From: Eubacteriales bacterium
GTDB lineage: Bacteria; Bacillota; Clostridia; Oscillospirales; CAG-272
Direction: 5' to 3'
Length of the DNA stretch: 64,000 bases
Assembly (NCBI GenBank): GCA_045633625.1
Contig: JAZQYP010000065.1
Span: 21,076-85,075 of the forward strand
Made by a program: the position numbers and the translations under genes
In this document: positions 33,712-43,864 of the stretch, piece after piece
Layout: each line of letters opens with the position of its first letter
Numbering within the stretch: the first letter of the stretch is position 1
Notes under the pieces: generated by a model
The model's input: the letters and a program-made list of their open reading frames with translations, nothing else
Databases searched by the model: none
What the model was told of the DNA's origin: nothing

Positions 33712-35376
33712 ATGGCACTTCGTTCCGAAAACGTAACAAAGGGCGCAGAGAGAGCGCCGAACAGAAGTCTGTTTTATGCGATGGGATACACAAAGGAGGA
33801 GCTTGAGCGTCCTCTTATCGGTGTTGTCAGCGCACATAGTGAGATAGTACCCGGACATATACATCTTGATAAGATCGCCGATGCAGTAAAGGCTGGTATC
33901 AGAATGGCGGGTGGTACGCCCGTGCTCATACCCGCTATCGGCGTGTGCGACGGAATTGCTATGGGACATATTGGAATGAAGTATTCGTTAGCTTCTCGTG
34001 AGCTTATTTGCGACAGTGTTGAGACGATGACTATGGCTCATCAGCTTGACGGTCTTGTTCTCGTGCCCAACTGCGACAAGATCGTTCCCGGAATGGTAAT
34101 GGCGGCGGTCAGAATGAATATCCCCGCAGTCGTTTGCTCGGGTGGTCCTATGCTCGCGGGCACGTATAACGGCGAGGAGGTCAGCCTCTCGAAGATGTTC
34201 GAGGCGGTTGGCGCATATAAGGCGGGAATGATAGACTCCTGCAAGCTTGAGGAGTGCGAGCAGGGAGTATGTCCCGGTTGCGGCTCTTGCGCGGGAATGT
34301 ACACCGCAAACTCTATGAACTGTCTTTGCGAGGCGATAGGAATAGCTCTCCCCGGAAACGGAACTATCCCCGCAGTTTCAAACAAGAGAATAATGCTCGC
34401 AAAGCACGCGGGCATGGCGATTATGGAGCTTGTCGAGAAGAATATCACGGCAAGAGACATTATAAACGAAAAATCTATTACTAACGCTCTCGCTTGCGAT
34501 ATGGCGCTTGGATGCAGCTCAAACAGCGTGCTTCATCTTCTCGCTATCGCAAACGAGGCGGGCGTACACCTTGACCTCTCGCTCTTCAACAAGATGAGCG
34601 AGAAGACTCCTAACCTTTGTCACCTCGCTCCCGCAGGTCCTACACATATGCAGGACCTTGACGCGGCGGGCGGTATCAGAGCCGTTCAGGCAGAGCTTCT
34701 TGCGGCAGGTCATCTTGACGGCACGGCACTCACCGTTACGGGCAAGACAGTTGAGGAGAACGTAGCGGGTGCAAGGATACTTAATACGAACTCTATCCGT
34801 CCCGTGTCAGATCCCTACAGCAAGACGGGCGGAATTCAGATACTTTGGGGCAATATCGCGCAGAACGGCTGTGTTGTAAAGAGAAGCGCGGTCGCTCCCG
34901 AGATGCTTTGTCACGAGGGACCTGCAAGAGTATTTAACTCGGAGGACGAGGCTATTGCCGCAATTTATGCGGGCAAGATAACCCACGGTGACGTAGTTGT
35001 TATTCGCTATGAGGGACCCAAGGGTGGCCCCGGAATGCGCGAGATGCTCAATCCCACGTCAGCCCTTGCCGGTATGAAGCTTGACAAGACTGTAGCGCTT
35101 ATTACCGACGGACGTTTCTCGGGTGCTTCGCGTGGCGCTTCTATCGGTCACGTATCTCCTGAGGCGGCAGACGGTGGAAATATTGGTCTAATTGAGGAAG
35201 GGGATATCATTGCAATTGATATTCCTGCGGCATCAATAAACGTTAAGGTCAGTGACGAGGTGCTTGCAGAAAGACGCGCTAAGTACGTCTCACCCGAGCC
35301 CAATATAAAGACAGGCTGGCTCGCCCGCTATGCTAGATACGTCAGCGGTGCAGAGAACGGCGCGATTATGAAATAA
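33712..35376 (+). CDS. ilvD: dihydroxy-acid dehydratase
   Basis: [25 protein letters not shown] and TDGRFSG motifs; 554 aa. Confidence 0.95.
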   Translation: MALRSENVTKGAERAPNRSLFYAMGYTKEELERPLIGVVSAHSEIVPGHIHLDKIADAVKAGIRMAGGTPVLIPAIGVCDGIAMGHIGMKYSLASRELICDSVETMTMAHQLDGLVLVPNCDKIVPGMVMAAVRMNIPAVVCSGGPMLAGTYNGEEVSLSKMFEAVGAYKAGMIDSCKLEECEQGVCPGCGSCAGMYTANSMNCLCEAIGIALPGNGTIPAVSNKRIMLAKHAGMAIMELVEKNITARDIINEKSITNALACDMALGCSSNSVLHLLAIANEAGVHLDLSLFNKMSEKTPNLCHLAPAGPTHMQDLDAAGGIRAVQAELLAAGHLDGTALTVTGKTVEENVAGARILNTNSIRPVSDPYSKTGGIQILWGNIAQNGCVVKRSAVAPEMLCHEGPARVFNSEDEAIAAIYAGKITHGDVVVIRYEGPKGGPGMREMLNPTSALAGMKLDKTVALITDGRFSGASRGASIGHVSPEAADGGNIGLIEEGDIIAIDIPAASINVKVSDEVLAERRAKYVSPEPNIKTGWLARYARYVSGAENGAIMK

Positions 35377-35393
35377 AATCGAAAGGTCATCCT

Positions 35394-37064
35394 ATGAATA
35401 ACGCAAGCAAATATACAAGACAGTATTATCCCGCTCCGAAGGCGACGCCTTTGTGGGCAGAGAGAAATTATATAGAAAAGCCGCCCGTGTGGTGCTCGGT
35501 AGACCTGCGTGACGGTAATCAGGCGCTTATTATCCCTATGAGCCTTGACGAGAAGCTTGAGTTCTTCAAGCTCCTTGTGAAAATCGGCTTCAAGGAGATA
35601 GAGGTGGGATTTCCCGCGGCATCTGAGACCGAATATAACTTCCTTCGTACACTTATCGAGAAGGATCTTATCCCCGATGACGTAAAGGTTCAGGTACTCA
35701 CACAGTCAAGAGAGCATATAATCAAAAAGACGTTTGAGAGCCTTAAGGGCGCGAAGAATGCTATCGTTCATCTCTACAATTCGACCTCGGTGCCCCAGCG
35801 TGAGCAGGTATTTAAGAAGTCGAAGCAGGAGATACTCGATATCGCAGTTGAGGGCGCAAAGCTCTTTAACAAATACAAGGAGGAGCTTGGTGTAAACTAT
35901 ACCTTCGAGTATTCTCCCGAGTCCTTTACCTGTACCGAGCCCGAGTTTGCGCTTGAGGTGTGCAACGCGGTGCTTGATATATGGAAGCCCACGGCAGAGA
36001 ACAAGGTTATAATCAACCTTCCCGTAACCGTGCAGGTCTCTATGCCTCACGTTTACGCAAATCAGATACAGTACATGAGTGAGAATCTCAAGTACCGTGA
36101 GAACGTAATAATCTCCCTCCACCCCCACAATGACCGCGGATGCGCTGTGGCGGACGCCGAGATGGGTCTGCTTGCGGGCGGTGACAGAATTGAGGGAACG
36201 CTTTTCGGCAACGGAGAGAGAACGGGTAACGTAGATATCGTAACTCTCGCGCTCAATATGTACTCGCAGGGTGTTGAGCCGGGGCTTGATTTTTCGGATA
36301 TGCCCGCGGTTACAGACCTTTATGAGAGAGTAACGAGAATGCACGTTTATGACCGCACGCCCTATGCGGGCAAGCTCGTTTTCGCGGCATTCTCGGGCTC
36401 GCATCAGGATGCGATTGCCAAGGGTATGCACTACAGAGAAGAGCGCGATCCGAGATACTGGACAGTTCCTTACCTTCCTATCGACCCCGAGGATCTCGGA
36501 CGTGTTTACGAGAGCGACGTTATTCGTATCAACTCGCAGTCGGGCAAGGGTGGAATCGGCTATCTGCTTGAGCATTTCTATGGCTACAGCATTCCGTCGG
36601 CTATGCGCGAGACCGTTGGATATACCATCAAATCTATTTCCGACCACTCACACAAGGAGCTTCTTCCCGAAGAGGTACACGAGGCATTCCTTCGCGAGTT
36701 CGTTAATATCGAGAGCCCCGTCAAGCTTGACGATTACCACTTCGTAAGAAGCGTTGACAGAATGAAGGCAATGCTTACCGTTGAGGTAAACGGAGAGATC
36801 AAGGATATCTCGGCATTCGGTAACGGACGTCTTGATGCGGTCAGCAATGCGCTCAAGAAGTCGCTTGGCATTGAGTACACAAACCTTACGTATACCGAGC
36901 ACGCGCTCACGGCAGAGTCAAGCTCGAAGGCTGTAACCTACGTAAGTATAACCTTCCCCGACGGAAAAGCGTCTTGGGGCGTTGGTGTTCACGACGATAT
37001 TATTTCGGCATCCATCAATGCGCTTATTTCTGCAATAAACAGAAAGCTTTTGGCGGATAAATAA
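35394..37064 (+). CDS. leuA: 2-isopropylmalate synthase (long LeuA form)
   Basis: VDLRDGNQ, HPHNDRG and a C-terminal LeuA dimerisation/regulatory domain; 556 aa. Confidence 0.93.
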   Translation: MNNASKYTRQYYPAPKATPLWAERNYIEKPPVWCSVDLRDGNQALIIPMSLDEKLEFFKLLVKIGFKEIEVGFPAASETEYNFLRTLIEKDLIPDDVKVQVLTQSREHIIKKTFESLKGAKNAIVHLYNSTSVPQREQVFKKSKQEILDIAVEGAKLFNKYKEELGVNYTFEYSPESFTCTEPEFALEVCNAVLDIWKPTAENKVIINLPVTVQVSMPHVYANQIQYMSENLKYRENVIISLHPHNDRGCAVADAEMGLLAGGDRIEGTLFGNGERTGNVDIVTLALNMYSQGVEPGLDFSDMPAVTDLYERVTRMHVYDRTPYAGKLVFAAFSGSHQDAIAKGMHYREERDPRYWTVPYLPIDPEDLGRVYESDVIRINSQSGKGGIGYLLEHFYGYSIPSAMRETVGYTIKSISDHSHKELLPEEVHEAFLREFVNIESPVKLDDYHFVRSVDRMKAMLTVEVNGEIKDISAFGNGRLDAVSNALKKSLGIEYTNLTYTEHALTAESSSKAVTYVSITFPDGKASWGVGVHDDIISASINALISAINRKLLADK

Positions 37065-37076
37065 GGAGATATAATT

Positions 37077-38336
37077 ATGGCAATGACAATGACACAAAAG
37101 ATCCTCGCGCACAAGGCAGGACTTGAGTCGGTAAGAGCGGGTCAGCTCATAATGGCAAAGCTTGACCTCGTTCTCGGTAATGATATAACCTCCCCCGTGG
37201 CTATAAACGAGTTCAACAAGAACGGCTTTGAGGGTGTGTTTGATAAATCAAAGATCGCGATGGTAATGGACCACTTCGCGCCCAATAAGGACATCAAGGC
37301 GGCAGAGCAGTGCAAGCAGTGCAGACTCTTTGCAAAGCGCTTTGATATCGATAATTATTACGACGTTGGCGAGATGGGCATTGAGCACGCGCTTCTCCCC
37401 GAAAAGGGACTCGTGGCTCCCGGTGAATGCGTTATCGGCGCTGACTCGCATACCTGCACCTACGGTGCGCTCGGCGCATTCTCCACAGGAGTGGGAAGCA
37501 CCGATATGGCGGCGGGAATGGCAACGGGCAAGGCTTGGTTCAAGGTTCCCTCGGCGATAAAATTCAACCTCACGGGCGCTCTTCAGCCTATGGTTTCGGG
37601 TAAGGACGTGATCCTTTACATAATCGGCAAGATCGGCGTTGACGGCGCGCTTTACAAGTCTATGGAGTTCACAGGAGAGGGACTTAAGTCGCTTTCTATA
37701 GACGATAGACTCTGTATGGCTAATATGGCTATCGAGGCGGGTGCCAAGAACGGAATTTTTGAGGTTGACGAGATAACCCTCGCTTACGTTGGCGAGCGCG
37801 TGAGCCGTGAATATAAAGTATTCAAGGCAGACGAGGACGCAGAGTATGACGAGGTTATTGATATTGACCTCTCTGCGATCGAGCCTACTGTTGCTTGTCC
37901 TCATCTTCCCGAAAACACGAAGAACGCGGCTGAGCTTGTGGATATTTGTCCCGATCAGGTCGTTATCGGCTCTTGCACAAACGGACGCATCTCCGATATG
38001 CGTGCGGCGGCAGAAATTATGCGCGACAAGCACGTGGCAAAGGGAATTCGTTGCATAGTTATCCCCGCAACACAGAAGATATACAAGGAATGCATCAAGG
38101 AAGGATATATTGACATTTTCATAGACGCGGGCTGTGTCGTATCCACCCCCACCTGCGGACCTTGCCTTGGCGGTTATATGGGAATCCTTGCGGCTGATGA
38201 GATAGCTGTGGCAACCACCAACCGTAACTTTGTCGGACGTATGGGACACGTAACGTCAAAAATTTATCTTGCAAGCCCCGAGGTAGCGGCGGCAACTGCA
38301 ATTACGGGACACATCTGTGACCCCAGAGAGCTTTGA
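37077..38336 (+). CDS. leuC: 3-isopropylmalate dehydratase large subunit
   Basis: Aconitase-family Fe-S ligand blocks ([21 protein letters not shown]). Confidence 0.95.
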   Translation: MAMTMTQKILAHKAGLESVRAGQLIMAKLDLVLGNDITSPVAINEFNKNGFEGVFDKSKIAMVMDHFAPNKDIKAAEQCKQCRLFAKRFDIDNYYDVGEMGIEHALLPEKGLVAPGECVIGADSHTCTYGALGAFSTGVGSTDMAAGMATGKAWFKVPSAIKFNLTGALQPMVSGKDVILYIIGKIGVDGALYKSMEFTGEGLKSLSIDDRLCMANMAIEAGAKNGIFEVDEITLAYVGERVSREYKVFKADEDAEYDEVIDIDLSAIEPTVACPHLPENTKNAAELVDICPDQVVIGSCTNGRISDMRAAAEIMRDKHVAKGIRCIVIPATQKIYKECIKEGYIDIFIDAGCVVSTPTCGPCLGGYMGILAADEIAVATTNRNFVGRMGHVTSKIYLASPEVAAATAITGHICDPREL

Positions 38337-38349
38337 GAGGAGGCAGAAT

Positions 38350-38832
38350 ATGGTACAGGGAAGAATTCACAAGTACGGAGATAACGTCGATACCGACGTA
38401 ATTATCCCCGCGCGTTACCTCAATACTGCCGACCATAAGGAGCTCGCGTCGCACTGTATGGAGGACATTGACAAGGATTTCGTAAAGAAGGTAAAGGACG
38501 GCGATATAATGGTGGGCGGTGCTAACTTCGGTTGCGGCTCGTCGCGTGAGCATGCGCCGATAGCAATTAAGAATTCGGGTATCTCCTGCGTAATTGCGGC
38601 AACCTTTGCAAGAATCTTCTATAGAAACTCGATAAATATAGGACTTGCAATTCTTGAGTGCCCCGAGGCAAGTGAGAGAATAGAGAACGGTGATGAGGTG
38701 TCTATCGATTTTGATACGGGAATCATCACAAATCTTACCAAAAACGAGACATATAAGGCAGAGCCTTTTCCTGAGTTTGTCAAGAATATAATAGCCTCTG
38801 ACGGACTCCTCAATTCCTTGAAGAAAGCGTGA
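38350..38832 (+). CDS. leuD: 3-isopropylmalate dehydratase small subunit
   Basis: The track start at 38317 is trimmed to the ATG at 38350. It has [15 protein letters not shown] and [13 protein letters not shown]. Confidence 0.93.
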   Translation: MVQGRIHKYGDNVDTDVIIPARYLNTADHKELASHCMEDIDKDFVKKVKDGDIMVGGANFGCGSSREHAPIAIKNSGISCVIAATFARIFYRNSINIGLAILECPEASERIENGDEVSIDFDTGIITNLTKNETYKAEPFPEFVKNIIASDGLLNSLKKA

Positions 38833-38836
38833 AAAT

Positions 38837-39907
38837 ATGAACAAGAAAATTACTGTGCTTCGCGGCGACGGAATAGGACCCGAGATAGTAAGCGAGGCAA
38901 TAAAGGTGCTTCAGGCGGTAGCAGAGAAATACGGACATACCTTTGAGTATACCGAGGTAGATATCGGCGGTTGCTCGATAGATAAATACGGTGTGCCGAT
39001 AACGAAAGAGGGAATGGAGAAGTGTAAGGCGGCAGACAGTGTACTGCTTGGCGCGGTTGGCGGTCCCAAGTGGGATAACGTAGACCCCTCGGTACGTCCA
39101 GAGAAGGCACTTCTTGCCGTTCGCAAGGAGTTAAATCTTTTCGCAAATCTTCGCCCCACAAAGCTTTTCCCCCAGCTTGCTGATTCCTCGCCCTTAAAGC
39201 AGGAGATAGTCGGTAACGGAATCGATCTTATGATCGTTCGTGAGCTTACGGGTGGTATTTACTTTGGCGCAAGACGCACCGAGACAGTTGGCGGAGAGAA
39301 GGTCGCTACAGACGAGATGACGTACTCCGAGAGTGAGATAGAGCGCATCGGTCGCGTGGCATTCGAGAGCGCTCGCAAACGCGGCAAGAGACTCGCATCT
39401 GTCGACAAGGCAAACGTGCTTGATTCCTCAAGACTCTGGCGCGCGACAATGCACCGTCTTGCTGAGGAGTACACCGACGTTGAGTACAGCGACATTCTTG
39501 TTGACAACACGGCAATGCAGCTCATAAAGAACCCCTCGCAGTTTGACGTTATCGTTACCGAGAATATGTTCGGTGACATACTCTCCGACGAGGCAAGTAT
39601 GCTCACGGGCTCTATCGGAATGATGCCCTCGGCATCTCTTTCCGACACAACTCTCGGTATGTACGAGCCCATTCACGGCTCAGCACCCGACATTGCGGGA
39701 ATGGATATCGCAAACCCCATAGGCACTATAATGTCGGCGGCTATGATGCTTCGCTTCTCCTTTGATATGCCTCGCGAGGCTGACGCTATCGAGGCGGCAG
39801 TGAACAAGGCTCTTGATGACGGTTACCGTACGGGTGACATCATGCAGGAGGGCGCGAAGAAGGTAAAGTGCTCCGAGATGGGTAGCATCATTGCGGCAAA
39901 TATTTGA
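38837..39907 (+). CDS. leuB: 3-isopropylmalate dehydrogenase
   Basis: [12 protein letters not shown] and [14 protein letters not shown] blocks; 356 aa. Confidence 0.95.
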   Translation: MNKKITVLRGDGIGPEIVSEAIKVLQAVAEKYGHTFEYTEVDIGGCSIDKYGVPITKEGMEKCKAADSVLLGAVGGPKWDNVDPSVRPEKALLAVRKELNLFANLRPTKLFPQLADSSPLKQEIVGNGIDLMIVRELTGGIYFGARRTETVGGEKVATDEMTYSESEIERIGRVAFESARKRGKRLASVDKANVLDSSRLWRATMHRLAEEYTDVEYSDILVDNTAMQLIKNPSQFDVIVTENMFGDILSDEASMLTGSIGMMPSASLSDTTLGMYEPIHGSAPDIAGMDIANPIGTIMSAAMMLRFSFDMPREADAIEAAVNKALDDGYRTGDIMQEGAKKVKCSEMGSIIAANI

Positions 39908-39922
39908 AAGTGAGGGAATAAT

Positions 39923-40993
39923 ATGCTAAATATCAGATACGAGCTTGTAGAAAATAGAAAAGAGAAGCCTGATTTTAATAAACTCGGCTTTGGAAAATAT
40001 TTTACCGACCATATGTTCATTATGGACTATACCGAGGGTAAGGGCTGGCACGACGCGAGAATAGTTCCTTACGGACCTCTCATGCTTGATCCCGCGTGTA
40101 TGGTATTCCACTATGCGCAGGAGATGTTTGAGGGACTTAAGGCATACAGAACTCCCGACGGTACTATTCAGCTTTTCAGACCCGACAAGAATATTGAGAG
40201 AATGAACAACACAAACGAGCGTCTTTGCATACCTCGTCTCGAGCCCGCCGACGTCCTTGACGCTATCAAGGCGGTAGTGGCGGTTGAGGAGGATTGGGTA
40301 CCGAACGTCGAGGGCACGTCCCTTTACATTCGTCCCTTCATCATCGCGACCGACGTTCAGCTTGGCGTTCACCCCTCGCATACCTATAAGTTTATGATAA
40401 TCCTCTCGCCCGTCGGCGCATACTATGCAGAGGGAATAAAGCCTGTTAAGATATTCGTTGAGAACGAGTACGTAAGAGCCGTAAAGGGCGGCACGGGCTT
40501 TGCAAAGGTTGGCGGAAACTACGCGTGCAGCCTTATCGGTCAGAAAAAGGCAGAACAGATGGGATATTCGCAGGTGCTCTGGCTTGACGGTATTGAGCAC
40601 AAGTACATCGACGAGGTAGGTGCGATGAACGTGTTCTTCGTCATCGACGGAGTAGTGGTCACCCCCTCGCTTGCAGAGGGAAGCATTCTTCCCGGCGTTA
40701 CCCGCGCATCCTGCATTCAGCTCCTTCGTGATATGGGCTACACAGTTGAAGAGAGAAAGCTCTCTATTAGCGAGGTAGAGAAGGCTTATGCCGACGGCAA
40801 GCTCGACGAGGCATTCGGCACAGGCACTGCGGCAGTTGTCTCTCCCATGGGACTTCTTGACAATGGCAAGGACAAGATGGTGATAAACAACGGCGAGATA
40901 GGACCTATCGCGCAGAAGCTCTACGACACCCTCACAGGCATTCAGTGGGGCAAGGTCGAGGATAAGTATTCTTGGACTGTTAAGGTTAAATAA
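39923..40993 (+). CDS. ilvE: branched-chain amino acid aminotransferase
   Basis: Class IV aminotransferase of the 356-aa long form (FEGLKAYR, GGTGFAKVGGNY, GTGTAAVVSP). Confidence 0.92.
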   Translation: MLNIRYELVENRKEKPDFNKLGFGKYFTDHMFIMDYTEGKGWHDARIVPYGPLMLDPACMVFHYAQEMFEGLKAYRTPDGTIQLFRPDKNIERMNNTNERLCIPRLEPADVLDAIKAVVAVEEDWVPNVEGTSLYIRPFIIATDVQLGVHPSHTYKFMIILSPVGAYYAEGIKPVKIFVENEYVRAVKGGTGFAKVGGNYACSLIGQKKAEQMGYSQVLWLDGIEHKYIDEVGAMNVFFVIDGVVVTPSLAEGSILPGVTRASCIQLLRDMGYTVEERKLSISEVEKAYADGKLDEAFGTGTAAVVSPMGLLDNGKDKMVINNGEIGPIAQKLYDTLTGIQWGKVEDKYSWTVKVK

Positions 40994-41002
40994 AAAAGAG
41001 AA

Positions 41003-41023
41003 GCGCGGGGCATAGCCCCGCGC
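41003..41023. terminator. hairpin between convergent ilvE and LRR lipoprotein genes
   Basis: GCGCGGGG-catag-CCCCGCGC. The flanking A/T runs are short, so it is a plausible shared terminator. Confidence 0.55.
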
Positions 41024-41027
41024 TCTA

Positions 41028-42830
41028 TTATTCTGTTGGTTTTACATAGTCATAAACTATTGTATATGTACCATTGGCTGTATTCGATCCTGCTCTAAAA
41101 TCCCAATCCATTGACTTTTCTATTGTATTCCATTCTTCTTCGGTTCCTTCGTAATTTATTACAGATAGATTCCAACAAGCGCCAAAAGCGTCTAACTTTA
41201 TTCTTCTAAGAGTCTTGGGAAGAGTTATACTCGCTAAATTGTCACAATGCTGAAAAGCTTCGGAATTTATTGTTTCAGTTCCGCTTTCTATAATGATGCT
41301 AGTGAGACTGTCACAACTTGAAAAAGCTTGTGAGTATATTTCTTTTATACTAGAAGGAATAACAATTTCTTTTAGATTATCACAATCAAAGAATAATTCC
41401 TTGCTGATGTCAGTATCACCATATGGAATTCTTATGTATTCGAGAGAGTCACAATTATAAAATGCACCCGGTCCAAGATATGTTATTTTATCAGGCATAT
41501 CAACAGTATTCAGATTTATACATCCCTTGAATGCATATGATTCTATTTCTCTTATGTCATTATGTAAAGTAATGCTTGTTATATTTATGCAATCTTTGAA
41601 AGCGGACGAACCTATTGTTGTTACAGGTTTGCCTTCATATGTGTAAGGAATTACAACCTCAGTTGCTGTTCCTGTATAGTCTGTTATACTGTATTCGGTG
41701 TTTTTTATAAGAGTGAAAATAAGACCTTCAGTGTAATATTCAGGATCTCTATTATCACATCCTGAGCATAAACCGTTAATATAATTATGGTCAAGTGCCG
41801 AACCTTCGTCAGTTATCGTGTCCGTTTCATCACATTCTGTTCTGTCACATTCAGCAGTCTTCGTTCCGTCTTCGGTACAGGATGCATCGTTATTTGATAT
41901 ATAATTTGTAAAGCTGTGACCAAGTGCCGAACCTTCGTCAGCCACAGTATCAGTTTCGTTACATTCGTCTCTGTCACACGTTGCGGTCTTTGTACCGTCG
42001 AAACAGGATGCATCGTTATTTGATACATAATCTGTGAAGATATGACCAGCAGAATTTTCATCAGTTACAGTGTTTGTTTCATCACATCCATCTCTGTCGC
42101 ATTCAGCGGTCTTTGTTCCGTCTTCTGCGCAAGTTGCATCATTGTTCGACACGTAGTTTGTGAAGCTGTGACCGCTTCCCGTATTTTCGTCGGTTACAGT
42201 GTCTGTTTCATCACATTCGTTTCTGTCGCACGTTGCAGTCTTTGTGCCGTCGAGACATGTTGCATCGTTATTTGATACATAGTCTGCGAAGATATGACCA
42301 GCAGAATTTTCATCAGTTATAGTGTCTGTTTCATCACATCCAGCTCTGTCGCATTCAGCGGTTTTTGTCCCGTCTTCCGTGCAGGTTGCATCGTTATTCG
42401 ACACATAATTTGTGAAGTTATGACCATTAGCGCAAGGATCTACAGGAACAGCGGGAGTACTACCGCCTCCTCCGCCAGCGGGAGCACCTCCTCCGCCTCC
42501 TCCGGGAACGATCGGAGCTTCAGTTTCGGTTTCAGTCTCGGTTTCAGTCTCGGTTTCAGTCACGGTTTCAGTTTCAGTTTCGGTTTCAGTTTCGGTTTCA
42601 GTCTCAGTTTCAGTCTCAGTTTCCGTTTGAGTCTCGGTTTCGGGTTCAACGGTTTCAGTTACCGATACCTCAACTTCTTCTGTTTCACTTTCGCTCGTCT
42701 CACTTTCGGGGGCGACTGTCGCTTTTTCGGTATCATTCGACTCAACGTCAATATCAGTGTTTTCATTACACGCGATAAGGGCAACCGTGAGAACAAGGCA
42801 TACTGCAATCAAAGCGATAAATTTTTTCAT
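41028..42830 (-). CDS. lipoprotein with (TE)n acidic repeat, Gly-rich spacer, His-Cys3 mini-domain repeats and C-terminal BspA-type leucine-rich repeats
   Basis: Lipobox LIAC (MKKFIALIAVCLVLTVALIAC). The (TE)n run is followed by GGGGGGAPAGGGGG and five and a half ~41-43-aa repeats, GH.F..Y.SNNDA.C..DGTKTA.CDR..C.ET.T. The C-terminal repeats follow the pattern I..I...AF..C..L..I.IP. Confidence 0.88.
   Translation of the reverse strand: MKKFIALIAVCLVLTVALIACNENTDIDVESNDTEKATVAPESETSESETEEVEVSVTETVEPETETQTETETETETETETETETETETVTETETETETETETEAPIVPGGGGGGAPAGGGGGSTPAVPVDPCANGHNFTNYVSNNDATCTEDGTKTAECDRAGCDETDTITDENSAGHIFADYVSNNDATCLDGTKTATCDRNECDETDTVTDENTGSGHSFTNYVSNNDATCAEDGTKTAECDRDGCDETNTVTDENSAGHIFTDYVSNNDASCFDGTKTATCDRDECNETDTVADEGSALGHSFTNYISNNDASCTEDGTKTAECDRTECDETDTITDEGSALDHNYINGLCSGCDNRDPEYYTEGLIFTLIKNTEYSITDYTGTATEVVIPYTYEGKPVTTIGSSAFKDCINITSITLHNDIREIESYAFKGCINLNTVDMPDKITYLGPGAFYNCDSLEYIRIPYGDTDISKELFFDCDNLKEIVIPSSIKEIYSQAFSSCDSLTSIIIESGTETINSEAFQHCDNLASITLPKTLRRIKLDAFGACWNLSVINYEGTEEEWNTIEKSMDWDFRAGSNTANGTYTIVYDYVKPTE
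41751..42425 (-). repeat. tandem coding repeats (His-Cys3 units; 252-bp two-unit higher-order period)
   Basis: The protein repeats alternate two subtypes. The nucleotide period is visible because the antisense track ORFs at 42042 and 42294 begin with the same 16 residues, exactly 252 nt apart. Confidence 0.85.
42519..42641 (-). repeat. 6-bp (Thr-Glu)n coding microsatellite-like repeat
   Basis: GAAACy/GAGACT units encode ETETQ(TE)10TV(TE)6. Confidence 0.85.
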
Positions 42831-42847
42831 GATTCCTTTCTCCTTTG

Positions 42848-42880
42848 AAAATAAAAAAGTGCGCAGCCGAAGCTACGCAC
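42848..42880 (-). terminator. intrinsic terminator inside the 5' leader of the LRR lipoprotein gene
   Basis: Minus strand: GUGCGUAGC-UUCG-GCUGCGCAC, a 9-bp stem with a UUCG tetraloop (42880..42859). It is followed by UUUUUUAUUUU (42858..42848), then the RBS AAAGGAGAAAGG and the ATG at 42830. Confidence 0.7.
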
Positions 42881-42903
42881 GAAAAAATGGTAGCTCCAAT
42901 TGC

Positions 42904-43015
42904 TGCGACACAAATGACTTTTATACCGCTTAAATAAGCGTACGAAAAGGGAGCGTACATTTTTATCTAAAACAAAAATGTACACTTATTCAACGGTATA
43001 TTCACTTGTGTCGCA
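42904..43015 (-). promoter_or_regulatory. structured 5' leader RNA (candidate riboswitch/attenuator aptamer-like domain), class unknown
   Basis: Nested helices on the minus strand. P1 pairs 43015..43003 with 42916..42904 (13 bp). P2 pairs 43000..42994 with 42928..42922 (7 bp). P3 pairs 42990..42983 with 42940..42933 (8 bp). The apical hairpin pairs 42982..42974 with 42964..42956. The element begins at the predicted TSS. Confidence 0.45.
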
Positions 43016-43020
43016 AGTCT

Positions 43021-43049
43021 ATTATATCACAAAAAAATTTTTTTGTAAA
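43021..43049 (-). promoter_or_regulatory. promoter of the LRR lipoprotein leader
   Basis: Minus strand: TTTACA (43049..43044), a 17-nt spacer, then TGaTATAAT (43029..43021). Confidence 0.55.
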
Positions 43050-43178
43050 TAGTTTTTTCTTTATATATGTATCATTGATTGAATGCAAAAAAATACAGAA
43101 AAAATATAAATCAATATATTTATAAAATTTAAGTACTATTTTATAAACATAAAAGCCTTACTCCTACGGCATTTTTTG

Positions 43179-43207
43179 TTTACAAAACGTAAAAAGTGTG
43201 TTATAAT
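43179..43207 (+). promoter_or_regulatory. promoter of the 43236 gene
   Basis: TTTACA (43179..43184), a 17-nt spacer, then TGtTATAAT (43199..43207). Confidence 0.5.
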
Positions 43208-43235
43208 AAAATAAACTTACGAAAGGAGAGCCGCG

Positions 43236-43817
43236 ATGATAATTTGGTACATAATTTTACTTCTTGCCGTACTGTCGCTTATATTTTGGCAATATATCCG
43301 CGCGGCGATCTCAAGGATCATTACCTACCGCGAGGTAAAGAAGATATGTCAGGCGGGTAAGATAGATATTAAGCTGATGAATGGCTCCTTTGCCTTCGCA
43401 AAGAACAAAAACGATGGCTTTGATTTTATCCTAAAGATCGGGAACACCGTTCTGCCTGTCAAATTTTATTCGGCGCTCTCAACACGCGATACGGCATACA
43501 TAGACCCGCGCGGACGTGTTTGTGTCAGAGGAATATATCGCAAGCCGCTCTCGCGTAGCGGCAGAGCCGAGGGTCAGGCGGTTAAGCGCTTTTATAGACT
43601 CCCGTCTATGAAGATCCGTAAGGATATCATTTCGAAGGAATACAAGATCTATCCCGTATTTCTCAACGAGCCACCCTTCAAGTCGGTAAAGCTCGTTGAC
43701 AAGGCGGGTAAGACCACCGACATATTTGACACAAGCGGCGTCGTTGCAGGCTGCAGATGGCTTGAAAAGGAAACGTTTTTGTCGCTTATAATGGCTAGCG
43801 TTAAGAAAAAACAATAA
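43236..43817 (+). CDS. hypothetical protein with N-terminal TM helix
   Basis: 193 aa with an AAAGGAGAG RBS and a hydrophobic N-terminus (IIWYIILLLAVLSLIFW). I recognised no motif. Confidence 0.6.
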   Translation: MIIWYIILLLAVLSLIFWQYIRAAISRIITYREVKKICQAGKIDIKLMNGSFAFAKNKNDGFDFILKIGNTVLPVKFYSALSTRDTAYIDPRGRVCVRGIYRKPLSRSGRAEGQAVKRFYRLPSMKIRKDIISKEYKIYPVFLNEPPFKSVKLVDKAGKTTDIFDTSGVVAGCRWLEKETFLSLIMASVKKKQ

Positions 43818-43823
43818 AATTCA

Positions 43824-43850
43824 AGCGGTGAGCATCTGCTCACCGCTTTT
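43824..43850. terminator. terminator between convergent genes
   Basis: AGCGGTGAGC-atct-GCTCACCGCT plus TTT. Confidence 0.7.
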
Positions 43851-43864
43851 ATAATAACGATAGG

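Noticed and set aside
42766-42960. A 64-aa minus-strand ORF overlapping the LRR lipoprotein start and its leader.
   Set aside because: It is out of frame with the lipoprotein gene, spans the leader terminator hairpin, and has no RBS. The region is better explained as structured 5' UTR.
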